Assembly (NCBI GenBank): GCA_964106915.2
Contig: OZ066924.1
From: Podarcis gaigeae
Lineage: Eukaryota
DNA: 64,000 nt
Reading direction: 5' to 3' (one strand)
Under the pieces are notes generated by a model that saw only the letters and a list, made by a program, of their open reading frames with translations, was not told the origin of the DNA and did not search any database. The translations under genes were made by a program, and so were the position numbers. Each line of letters begins with the position of its first letter. Within the stretch, counting starts at the first letter, position 1. Positions 24,463 to 35,922 of the stretch are shown here, one piece after another.

Positions 24463-25331
24463 GAGGCACTGGAAAGGTAGTCAGGAGTATAGGACTGCAG
24501 GAGTGTTTGGACTTTTTACTCAATGGCTCCCGGTAACAATTATGCTATGGGATGGCCCTCAGTCTCTCATTAAATTCAATGGGACTTTCTCATGGGTAAG
24601 TGTGCGTAAAATTGAAAGCTAGTAACTTTTTACCTAATTAGAAAGGTATTAGAAGGCACTTAAGCATATTCTTACAGCTACTGGAGAAAGACAACTGAAA
24701 AATTTAAAGGAAGTTAAAGATGACCCCAGTGATTCAAGGCTGCAAAACTCCAAGTCTCTCCAAGTAACAGAGTAAAGACAGAGGTGGGGGAATTAGAGAC
24801 TCTTTCTTTTTCAGGGCTCTCAGAATGAAAAGATAAATTACCAAGAAAAATTGGCTGCAAAAGTAGACACACTTACTTAGTCACAGGCCCTACTGAGCAT
24901 AGTGAGATTACTTTCAATCACACACAGACTTAAACAGTTCATGAAGATCTCATTCTTAAAGCCTTTAAGTAAAAACTGAACTGCACATGTCTTGCTTTAA
25001 CAGTATGCATTCATTGTTCTACCAGAACCTCCTGAATCATTGTTTAATTTCACTAGTTTAGCAACTATAGAAATAGCAAGAGTGGTGATTATGAGTCAGC
25101 GTAACCCCTCAACTTGTTGGTATGAGTAACAATACATACGTGCAATAGTGGACATGGTTGTAGAATAGCCCTGAAAATCTTAAGACACACCCAGAAACAT
25201 TTGGCTTATGAGCGTGCTAGGCATCTGTAGATGAACTGCTTTTGAGATCTCTCTCTCCCATTATTTCAGGTACACAGAATACAATACATTTAGCTTACTT
25301 TTGCAATAGTATTTACTATTGCAAATACTAT

Positions 25332-25533
25332 TTGGTGCATGGTTCAGTGAACTGGATGTAGAATCCAAATTGTGTGGGTGAGAAGGCTTCCTATATCCTA
25401 TAGCAGACATAGGACTCAGCTAGACGGGTAAAAAAAAAAGTGATTTATATGTGTTGGGTGTGCGATATAACATTGTGCCACCAGATGGCGATGTGGAGCC
25501 CCCTTTTTCTCTACCTGCTTTCCCTGTTTAAAT
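25332..25533. repeat. Inserted inverted copy of 24261-24462, flanked by a 35-bp direct duplication
   Basis: TTACTTTTGCAATAGTATTTACTATTGCAAATACT occurs at 25295-25329 and again at 25539-25573. Confidence 0.92.
25475..25493 (+). promoter_or_regulatory. Candidate CTCF site (duplicated copy)
   Basis: GTGCCACCAGATGGCGATG on + strand. Confidence 0.65.
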
Positions 25534-25624
25534 AGTATTTACTTTTGCAATAGTATTTACTATTGCAAATACTCAGTTTGAGAAGGTCATCAATGCCTAG
25601 ACACACTGCAGCTTAAGACAATGA

Positions 25625-25625
<1 letters not shown>

Positions 25626-25667
<42 letters not shown>
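25626..25667. repeat. (ATT)n microsatellite
   Basis: Direct reading. Confidence 0.95.
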
Positions 25668-25669
<2 letters not shown>

Positions 25670-25725
25670 AGCTGTACATGCTCCAGTGTACGAAGATTAG
25701 CTGGGCTGGGCAAATTTTGGCTTAC

Positions 25726-25807
25726 CTTTAATATTGGCAATTTTTGTCTTCAGTAGTGGGTGTGTTGTCAATCTAGCAACGGCTCTTTCTTTTACTGTAG
25801 AATTAGG
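25726..25807 (-). CDS. SRFBP1: SRFBP1 exon 5
   Basis: tgcag|CCTAAT...ATTAAAG|gtaag; 82 nt; PNSTVKERAVARLTTHPLLKTKIANIK. Confidence 0.93.
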
Positions 25808-26558
25808 CTGCATGAGAAAAATGGTGAAGCATCTTGTTGAGTGAGAAAACAAAAAGGAGAAAAAGAAAATCAACCCTATCAAGATTAAATCTGCATATGC
25901 TGTAATAAGGGGCTTGAAAGGTTACCAATGGCAGTGGTATTACACCAAACTCCACCCTAGTCGGCATTTCTGAAGATCAAATACTATTATCTTCAGAGAC
26001 TTAGGAACAGCTAGAATCTGTATTTCTAAAAATGAATCTAACTTACTTTTGCCAACCTGCAGGATTAGGAAACACTTTCTCGTGACTAAAGAGCAGTCAT
26101 AGCTTCTGTGGGAGTACCAAATACCTTTAGTTCATGCACGAATGGAAAACACTAAAATCTTTCATTTTACAAGAAATTCAATTTCCTCCCATTTATAGTT
26201 ACAGTTGAGAAGGAAAGGGTCGCTAAACATACAATTTGACGTCCACATTTTTATAGCTTACTAGTATTTTTCTGCACACAAAACCCTGGCAAAAGATGGT
26301 AGCAGTCATATTTTCCCATAAGAATGCCCATGACACTATGCCAAAAAATTTGGCCCAAGTCTTTCAAAGCATCCAAGGTATGCAGATTATTGTACATATC
26401 TGCTGCAATCCTAAATCCTATGGAACTCAGTAAGATGTGCTTCTGATGAGCAGATACAGAACTGCACGGATAGATGAATCGAGTGAAAACCTGATGCTCT
26501 GTATGTTTGCTGAGAAGTACATTCCACCAAGTTGATTGGGCTTATTCCAAAGTCAGTA

Positions 26559-26777
26559 CAGTAGAACCTCTACTTACGACCGCCTCTACTTGGGCCCGAT
26601 CCAAGTTGCGACCGTAGCAAACCTGGAAGTAAATATGGGGTTTGCTGTGATTTGCGCCTGTGCAAAGCACGCCACCGCCGAATGCGCCTGCGCCCAACGG
26701 CGCTTCTACCAGCGACCTAGATCGACTTACGGATGGACCTCCGGAACTGATTACGTCTGTAAGTAGAGGTTCCACTG
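26559..26777. mobile_element. Tc1/mariner MITE
   Basis: TA|CAGTAGAACCTCTACTTAC...GTAAGTAGAGGTTCCACTG|TA. Confidence 0.85.
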
Positions 26778-29700
26778 TATAGGCTGCATTACTTTTTCAC
26801 TTCTCAATCTTAGCTTAAAAGTTCCCTCTGATGCTATAGCATTAAAAATGTAACATAAAATAAAAAGTCAACTGCATAGTGGATAACAATTATCCTAGGC
26901 TCGCTTATTCATAGATGTTAAAATGCCAAACAAAACAAAAATATTTTAAAGTCTTTCCCACAGTGACTGTAGCCACTGATCTCATCCAGATCTCTGCTGC
27001 CCATACTCCTTGTATGAAGTGCATGCCTTGCATCAGTAGGAGACTCATCAATGAGGCAGGATTTTGGACTAGTGTATGAGACAAAATTCGTAAGACGTTG
27101 ATTTAGGAACTGAACTCACTTCCTCTGTAGTTAGGAGCAGAGGGGACCCTTCATTTCTCAGGATCTCAGAATTGCATTGCCATTGCAAAGCTCCATTAAC
27201 AGCTTATTTGTAGCAGCTGTTCTGTATGGTGGCCACAGAAAACCCCATTAAATGGATTGTTCTCACTGAAATTTTCCCCAGGCTCCTGGTGGTGAAGAAA
27301 TAATCTATGCGATGGGGAAAGCCATTTGGCAGGCTATAGTACACATGGAAACTACCCATTATGATTTTGCACAGTGTTTAGAGGTAGACCAACAGGAAAA
27401 ATACACTGTCGGGCACCAGGACTGGATATTAACTCTTGAAACCGTTTTTGAGCTAGTTCATTTCCGTTCAAAAGCCAAAATTACCGGGCAGACAGTGTAC
27501 CTTTGGCACCGAGGAGACGTTAAGCTAGACAACAAATTCTTAAGGCTGTGAAAATATTTAAGAACATAGTTCAAACGTACAAATCTTTTGAAGACCACAA
27601 GGCTGAATCATCTGCATTACAGGAACAGAGTTAGTCACAGGGAGACAAATCTTACACCTTCATGAAACATTCCCACATCGCCAATGTTCTTAAGAGTAAC
27701 CACAACCATTTGTGTTTGAAGTTAGGGTCTGTTTGCCATGGAAATTTATCAGGAAACAGTGGTTTTTAAACACCCACAGTCAATTCCATTTCAGACAGAA
27801 TCAGGGGACTGTTCAGGCTCTATAAAGGTTATTCCTAGGGTATCTTATCTTGTGCCTTATGAAGAAACATTAAACTTGCTTCTTACTGCATTCGTGTCCA
27901 GGGAACTCCGAGCAGCCTTTTAAACTACTAGTAAAGCCCTACTGAGCAGAGTGATCTGACAAGGTGGGTTTGAATTCACAAAAGATAATGCCATAAGGGC
28001 CTTTAAGGGGCTACAACAGTCTGGGGTTTAACTGTTTTTTTGCAGCAAGAGACTAACAGGGCTACCCCACTGCAGTAATTTGGGATATCTTAGTATAAGG
28101 TCTGGCCCTGAAGACGTGCAGATCACAAAAGCAATGACACCTGCTCACCGCATGTATCTTTTGACTTTAGGATGAGATGCATATTGACAGAATCCCAAGC
28201 ACTCACTTCCTCCAAAGTACACATTAAGTATAAGATGTCACCAACAAATACCAAGACTTATTTAGCTAGAGATTTCACAGAAGTTTGTTTCTTCTTGGCT
28301 TAAGGACTGCACACAGAATTTTTAAATAAGGCAAAGAATGTTAAAAATCCAAGTAAGTAATTATGTGTTCTGTTATTAATGTCGTAACAAATGCCAGCAT
28401 CTTCTATCAAGTAACATAAATGTATAATTAGCATGAAGAAAACATAACCTTTTCAAAGTGAATAGCCTTGAGCCAGCAGAGAAACATCATGATTTGGATT
28501 CCAAAACTTCTGAATCAATAAATTTCAAGTGGCTGTAATGCACACTGCATAAAAGCAACGGGCTTTCCCATGCATTCCATCCCATGCATTGCTTAAGTAT
28601 TTTTTTTAATTATTAATTTATTTTTGAAGTGTATAAATGGCTCACAAAGAACACAGTAACAGTATTACCAATAAAATACTATTCAATCATTAGCCATAAA
28701 AGCTTGCCAATGTTATACTGAGTCCCAAATAACTGACAATCTATTGGCACATATATATTGGGGAAAAGACCTGTTTTCACCTATCTTCCAAAAAAATACA
28801 AAAAAGTGATGGTTGAGGCAGACTGTTCCACATGTGGACCAAGAAAACTCTTGCCTTTACACTTTTGATGATGGAGAAATGGTCTCCTTGTAAGATCACC
28901 GCAATTGAGGTAGGGAGAACTAGGTCTGGTCCGTGGGCTGGAGTCTTCTCTCCTCTCCACTAGGTGCCCTGTCTGATAGCTGGGCGGAGCCATCCACCTG
29001 TCAGTCACCTGATATCACAATAACATCAGATGACCCGTTTCCCTTTGTCTGTGTGGTCTCAAATCAAACCACACGGCTGAAGAACGGTACTTTGCAGGCA
29101 CTGCCGATAAGCTGATTGTCAGTGTTTTGCAACTTCTAAAGCCCAGTGCACAGCTGAGTATTGAGCAGTGTAGCTTGCAGGTGCTGTCAAGCCCCATTTA
29201 CCCTATTTCATATATCTATGATGTCAGGTATAGTACAGGTGGGTGTGACTTAGCTGAAAGGGCCTCACGACCCAAACAGAGAAGCCTGGCCCGCTTAATA
29301 AGGCCTGTGGGCCACAGGTTCCCCATTACTGAGGGGCACATGAGAGAAACTCTCTCTTCATGTACTTCTCTAAAGCAAATTCCCCACCCCACAAATATTT
29401 GACGCAATGATCAGCACTAGCACAATGGGGTTCCCCCTCTTCCCCAGGACATGCCCTAAACCATCCCAAAATCTGCTCCGAGGGCTTGAGGGAACTCCCA
29501 GAACAGATTTAGGGGGCACATGGGGGAGGAGAGTGGAGAACATTGTGCTAGGTTGACTGTAATCAGCTGCTCCACTTAAACATACTCGATTCTACATTCT
29601 AATTCTTCATCTTCCCCAAGCGTTGAAAATAATTTCCGCTTCCTTTTAATGTATGTATACTAGTTAAAACGTGGTGGCCAAAACAAAATGCACTGAGAAG

Positions 29701-31017
29701 CACCGAAAGGAGAAATGCCATTGCTTCCTGTACCTTGTATTAATAAATTGGTTTTTCCTTTAAAAACATCAACCAACGACAACAAAAAGAGATCACAACA
29801 AACCCTAAACTACCATATTGGTGAATTGTATGTATGTTGTGGTTTTGCTAGAAACAGAAATTCCGCCAAAGAAACTCACATTACATGTTTAAATTATATT
29901 ACACAGAGTAAGCAAATCTGCCTACATCGGCTCATTCCGCTTTGGCAAAGTTTGAAAGGAAAGCTAGGGCACTGGTAGAAATCTGAGAACTCTCCCCTTT
30001 CAAAAACAGCTGTAAGCTGGACACCGGCAGGCACAAGAAGTTTGCCTCTTACTAACTATATCCATTAACGAACAAGATGGATCTCAATAATAAATAAATT
30101 GCTCCATCCTGCAATAAGATATCCTTGCTATTAAGTTATCCACTGACCAAAGGAAATATACGATTTTTAAAACAAATGTTGACCATTTCAAGCAATGACA
30201 AACCTACAACACAAAGGTTTTCATTGCAAATGAACAACTTGCAGCCAAATCCTTTTTTTCCCCTGGAAAAAACAATCCCTGAAAAAATTAATGAGCAAGG
30301 TCCAATGTCGCACCAGCTAACATGATGGGACTTCTTCTCCAAAGGAACAAATGGGATTTCCCCCAAGCCTCTGCAGCAGATTTTGGGGACATATGAAGGG
30401 CTTCAGGGAGAAGAGAGAATCCCAATTCTTTGAACTGAAGTCCATTGTGCAAGTGTCTGACAGGGTTGAATGTCACCCAAAGTAAAATCTGCAAAATGTA
30501 TCTCAAAATGCCAGCCAGAAACTTTTGCCCTCTTTCTTGGATAGACAACTGCACCTAAAACCTATGTAATCAACTGTACCAGAGATGAGATTTGAAATAC
30601 AATTTATTTTGGCATCCGAATAGAGATGCTAGTTTATAAATAAAATAGGACAATGCAGATCAGCTGTGAGGTGCTTACAAAATCATCTAGAGTCCTATCC
30701 CCCAGCTCACCTCCCACCTCAAAAGCAAAAGTGCTGACAATCTAAATAGACACCTCTAAAGTATCTCCATGAGGTATGTATGGAGTTTTTCTTCTTCTAA
30801 ACTTGCAGTGCACCGAAAAAATGAAGGACAGAGACATTTGCAACTGAGAGCAGAAATCTCATCAAGGCATCCATCATGACCAAAGCAGGCATCTGCACAT
30901 ACCTTTGTTGTTGAAAAGTCAGAACGTTAGAAAAGTGCTCTGAAGGATCTACAATGACAAACGCCATCAGCACCAACATAACATGAAACCCTGTGACAAA
31001 CCTTTGGGATGGCTGTA

Positions 31018-31259
31018 CAGTGATACCTTGTGTTACATACCGTCCCCCTTACGAAAGCTTTGGGTTATGCGCTCCGCTAACCTGGAAGTAGATGCTCCTT
31101 GCTGCGAACTTTGCCCTGGGATGCGAGCGGAAGTCACGCTCCAGAGGCACGGCAGCACCGGGAGGCGCCATTAGCGAAAGCGCACCTCATGTTATGAGCT
31201 GTTTCCGGTTATGAACGGACCTCCGGAATGGATTAAGTACGTAATACAAGGTACCACTG
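31018..31259. mobile_element. Tc1/mariner MITE
   Basis: TA|CAGTGATACCTTG...CAAGGTACCACTG|TA. Confidence 0.85.
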
Positions 31260-31346
31260 TAAATATATTTGCTCAGGTTGAAAATGGGTTATTTCCCGCA
31301 AGCATGTTTACATGATGACTTAACACAAATGCACAAAGAATCCTAC

Positions 31347-31418
31347 CTTTTTGCAAACAATCTCAAAATTAATTTCTCTTTCGAGTGCTAATTTGGTAAC
31401 GTGGTCAAGCTTTATCTC
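31347..31418 (-). CDS. SRFBP1: SRFBP1 exon 4
   Basis: cacag|GAGATA...AAAAAG|gtagg; 72 nt; EIKLDHVTKLALEREINFEIVCKK. Confidence 0.92.
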
Positions 31419-32052
31419 CTGTGTGGGGAAAAGAGAGAGAGAAATAGAGTTAGCTAAAGGCTTTCATTTCCCCTTTTTGGCAAAACAGGATTAAAATCTA
31501 ATTTAGATTAAAATCTAACTGGAAATGCAGCTCATCCCTCTTGAAAAACAAGAGATATCTATGTTAATGGTGTTTAAATTTTTTAAATATATAGACTCAT
31601 TGTAATTCTATTATACCAAAAATCTGGAAGGCATTACTGAGGTCTCTGGCCTTCTTTTTGTTTCTGCTTTGATATTTCATATCTGTTTTCTGTGATGGTT
31701 TTGTTTTATGCTCAATTTTGTATGTTAATAAAATAAAACAAATCCACCACATGCACACAAGTTGACCTATAACACAGCTCTTCTAGGATAACGCCAGCTG
31801 CATAGTGCAGTAAACAATGTCCCCAAATTTCAATCACTCGGCATTTACAGTTCTCCACCTCCTGTACAGTTTTCTTTCGGAGTACATTGGCAACAATAGC
31901 CTTATTTTGTTGCAATTCACCCCTTTTTTTTTTGGTGGTGATGTGTAAATGGCTACACAGGTAGAGATACAATGTATAGTTATGAGGTAGAGTTACAATA
32001 CAGAGTAACAGCAGCTGGTTTAACAGGTAGTATGCATGTTATTTAGAAAATA

Positions 32053-32291
32053 CAGTGGAACCTTGGTTCTTGAACGCCTTGGTGCTTGAACCATTTTGGC
32101 TCCCACATGCCAAAAATCTGGAAGTGTTCCGGTTTCCGAATGTTTTTCGGCAGCCAAACATCCGATGTGGCTGTCGACTATTGTTTCCTTGGGCATTGGC
32201 GCCAATCAGAAGCAGTGCCTTGGTTTTCGGACGTTTCGGAAGTCAAATGGACTTCTGGAATGGATTACGTTTGAGAACCAAGGTACCACTG
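32053..32291. mobile_element. Tc1/mariner MITE
   Basis: TA|CAGTGGAACCTTGGTTCT...AGAACCAAGGTACCACTG. Confidence 0.82.
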
Positions 32292-33181
32292 GATATGAAA
32301 TTAAAAATTAAAATCTGCATTTGAATCGTCTATATTTAGAAAAAACAATCCACACAGCTTCCACTTCGGGTCACCCTGGAAATGTATATGATTTCTAACC
32401 GACATAAGGCATTACATTCTTTAGTGATGTTCTGTACAATGCAGGGGTGTCAACTTGAATAAAATATAGGGGGGGCAGGTAAGCGCCACCCTGCATAATC
32501 AATCACATGATACAGTGCACACACACCATTTGAACGGGAATGCCCATCAACTGTGTGGGGGGCCCACCCCCCAAATATTTCATTGTGGGGGTCAAAGCCC
32601 CCACAGCCCCTGGGAGTTGTCTCCTATGGTACCCTGATGTACTTCTGTATCTTGGCAACTCCATACAAGACATAATTCAAGTAATGGGTTGAGCAGTGGA
32701 TTGAACATGCAGTTCACCGAGTTTCATTTTAAATGTTCTTAATTTTTCCACATTATGCTACAATATGGAGAATGGCTTAGGCTAATTCAGTTTGTGACTT
32801 TCATTCCAGTATTCTATTTTAAAACTTGTTGTTTATTGCCTGGTTGTTGGTAAGAAATGCAAGTAACACATCACATCTGGCATTGCAAATTTAAAATAGC
32901 AAGGGGATTTTTTCCCCTTTTGGTCATAGCAAGGTGATGAAAGTTCCAGCCGTCCGATAGCTACTGTGGTCAAATTCACACCAGGTTTTGCAGATGGGAA
33001 TGTCATTTGAAGTTTTGGTGCCAACTGGGGAAAAACATCCTCATGCTTTCGGAGGGAAAACACACCCACCCCACTTACTAGCTTTACAATAAACTTCACC
33101 CACAAGGAGTTCCAACACCATCTCCACCTAATCTAAAGGAAGAATCGCCAGTTAAGACTAATTTGAACTTGATACCCACTA

Positions 33182-33343
33182 CAATCGTACCCTGGATCTC
33201 AAACCACTTGCGAGTCAAATGTTTTGGGTCCTGAACGCTGCAAACCCGGAAACGATTCTTCTAGCTTGCAAACATTCTTTGGAACCCAAACGTCCACTGC
33301 AAACTTCCAGAATGGATTCCATTCGACTTCTAAGGTACGACTG
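33182..33343. mobile_element. Tc1/mariner MITE
   Basis: TA|CAATCGTACC...GGTACGACTG|TA. Confidence 0.75.
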
Positions 33344-34946
33344 TATCTCCAAGTTCATATTTAAGGCTAACAATGAAGCATTGAGCGTGCATCTTGTGTG
33401 ATGGCACAGAAATAGAGTGTAACTGATAAAGTTGTGCAGTGGACCTGGCCTAAAATCACAACTCCAACAGAGCCGGCTGAACCAAGTCACAATCTCTCTG
33501 GTTACGTTTCCAAGCTTCTCTGTAAAATGAGAATGAACAGCTTAGACAAGTAGTGACAAAATGCATAAGGCATGGCGGGGCCTTTTCTAGCTGGTGGGCT
33601 AGATCCAGGGTTCCCCCCATGCCCAGAAGGGATGCCCACTTCCCCATCCCCCAACATCACAATCTTTCCTTTGTGGCTGGAATTCAAGGAGCACACAACC
33701 AATCCCTAGGGTTTGAAGTCAGTGTCAATCAGCTGATGGCAGTGGACCTCAAGCTGTGTTTTCAACAGGGGCAGCTGTGATACCGAGTTCTCCATCGGGA
33801 ACTCCACAGTGCAACCATGCTAGCCAGGTCAAATTCAGTACCTTACAGCTGACTGGCAATGACTTCAAGCCTCACTTTTGGCAGGGGCCAGCTATGCTAC
33901 AGAGTTCTTGACAGGCTGATTGGCAGCCTTGTGAAGGGCACCTTAAGGCTACTGACTGCTCCTTGGCAGTTTTGTCACTACCTGTCCTGCAGATGATGTC
34001 ACAATGGACATTAAGTATAGGGCGGCGGGGGTGGGGGAGTGGTTTGGAGAAAACTACCTCGCAGACCAAATGGGGCTCATGATGAGCCTAGTTACGGCTG
34101 CCCAGTGGAGTTTTCCCACTCCTGTGGTAAGGAATGCAACCCTATGGCACAGGGAAATCTTAGTCTACAGGTGTAAAGAAAAGAAACCCACAAATATCTT
34201 TACACACAAAGTAGACAGATGTGGGCAGGCTGCTAAAACACTTTGCTCTGTTGACAAGAGCTGTTATTTATCAAAGTTTCATAAAATATAAAATAGTCTA
34301 CAAGTACATAAAATTTAAGACGAAATTCAATCTTGAAGTAAACTCATGCACTGGTATTTTTACCAATAACAGTGACATTATTTCAATGTACTAAATCGAC
34401 ACAAATTTATCTTCTGCTGCTAAGAATCCCCACTCACTTAAATTCAGCCACAATACCATTCCAAATAATGACAAGAACCCAAATAAACATAATTCCTTTA
34501 TAAAAACTGGAGGTTGTATTCAATGTTACTCAGAGTAGCCCCACTGAAATTAATGACTATCTTTGGTTCATTCATTTCAGTGAGTCTTACTTGGCTGCAA
34601 CCTTCAGAGTTGAACTACTTTTTCTTCAAAACCAACAAGTAATGCAGTTTGTGATATGGAACAAAGGTATGTTGTTAAAATTATATCAAAAAACCCATTT
34701 TTTTAAAAAAAGGCCTTGGGCATGCATATGCCCTTAGAATCCCTAAAATAACCCCTTTGGATAATGCTTCCTTTTAAACTAAACTCTACTGGTTCACATA
34801 TAGATTTAAGACTGTAATTCTGTGCATACTTACTTCGAGTGCTCTGTAGACTGATATCTGTGGTCTTATATATACTAGCCTTTTGCACTCTTTCACTCTT
34901 GTCTGATGTTCCTAACCCTTCTTTTAGACTTTCTTAGCTTCTTTTG

Positions 34947-34986
<40 letters not shown>

Positions 34987-34989
<3 letters not shown>

Positions 34990-35922
34990 CTTTCGTAGAT
35001 TTTCACGGGTACAGGAATGCAGGTTTTGGTGTCCTCGGGTGTCTTCCCGTGTAAAAGTTGGGGTGTCTAGGCGACGTTTCGACGAGGTCTCACTCGTCAT
35101 CTTCAGGCTGGTGCTTTCGGCTTCTTGTTACTGGAACAGAGCGGGATCTCAATGTTTGAGTTCCTATAAATACTGTAGAGGGGGTGTGGTGTCTAGCCTC
35201 CAATGTTCTGGGCAGAGAGGAAGTTCCCAGGCTAGTGTGCCTTTTCTTCTTTTGTTCCTTAATTACTTGAGAGATACCTTGAGTGATTTCTTGAGTGAAA
35301 ACTGACACCAGATCCAGAGGCACACAGAACGCCAACACCAATCAACCACACCAGACCCAAACCCAGACCCTCTCCACAGATGAATTACTGACACCATCCA
35401 GTAGCCAATCCATGGTGGCACCTCCGGATGCTGCACCCCCCTGCAATCCCTACACAGATCTGGCTGACACAAGCCACAAAACCACAGCTCGCCCCTATAC
35501 ACGAAGCCAAGCCAAAGCACAACTAAGTGCAATACAGCCATCTTCTCAGGAAAACTCTTCACAAAGTTCAAGAGGTCAAGACACAAAGACTTTAGCAACT
35601 AATCCACACCTAATGACCCACCTAAGTGGTACTCAGGATATCACTCAAGAAATCACTCAAGGTATCTCTCAAGTAATTAAGGAACAAAAGAAGAAAAGGC
35701 ACACTAGCCTGGGAACTTCCTCTCTGCCCAGAACATTGGAGGCTAGACACCACACCCCCTCTACAGTATTTATAGGAACTCAAACATTGAGATCCCGCTC
35801 TGTTCCAGTAACAAGAAGCCGAAAGCACCAGCCTGAAGATGACGAGTGAGACCTCGTCGAAACGTCGCCTAGACACCCCAACTTTTACACGGGAAGACAC
35901 CCGAGGACACCAAAACCTGCAT
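34987..35922. mobile_element. Second-family Penelope-like insertion with 282-bp perfect inverted pLTRs, within a (TA)n microsatellite
   Basis: 35017-35298 is the exact reverse complement of 35641-35922 (the ORF track shows mirrored identical peptides). Each arm carries a hammerhead core. (TA)n lies on both sides. No RT or EN coding sequence was recognised, so the PLE call rests on architecture. Confidence 0.8.
35831..35868 (+). ncRNA. Minimal hammerhead ribozyme motif (mirror copy at about 35071-35108 on - strand)
   Basis: GC-CUGAAGA-U-GACGAG UGAGAC CUCGUC-GAAA-CG-UC^-GC: core, 6-bp stem II and palindromic ACGU stem III; stem I is short (2 clear bp). Confidence 0.75.

Noticed and set aside
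35295-35849. 184-aa Ser/Thr/Gln-rich ORF as a novel gene
   Set aside because: It lies wholly inside the inverted-repeat insertion and starts at a GTG on the inversion junction; at most it is the tail of an element ORF.
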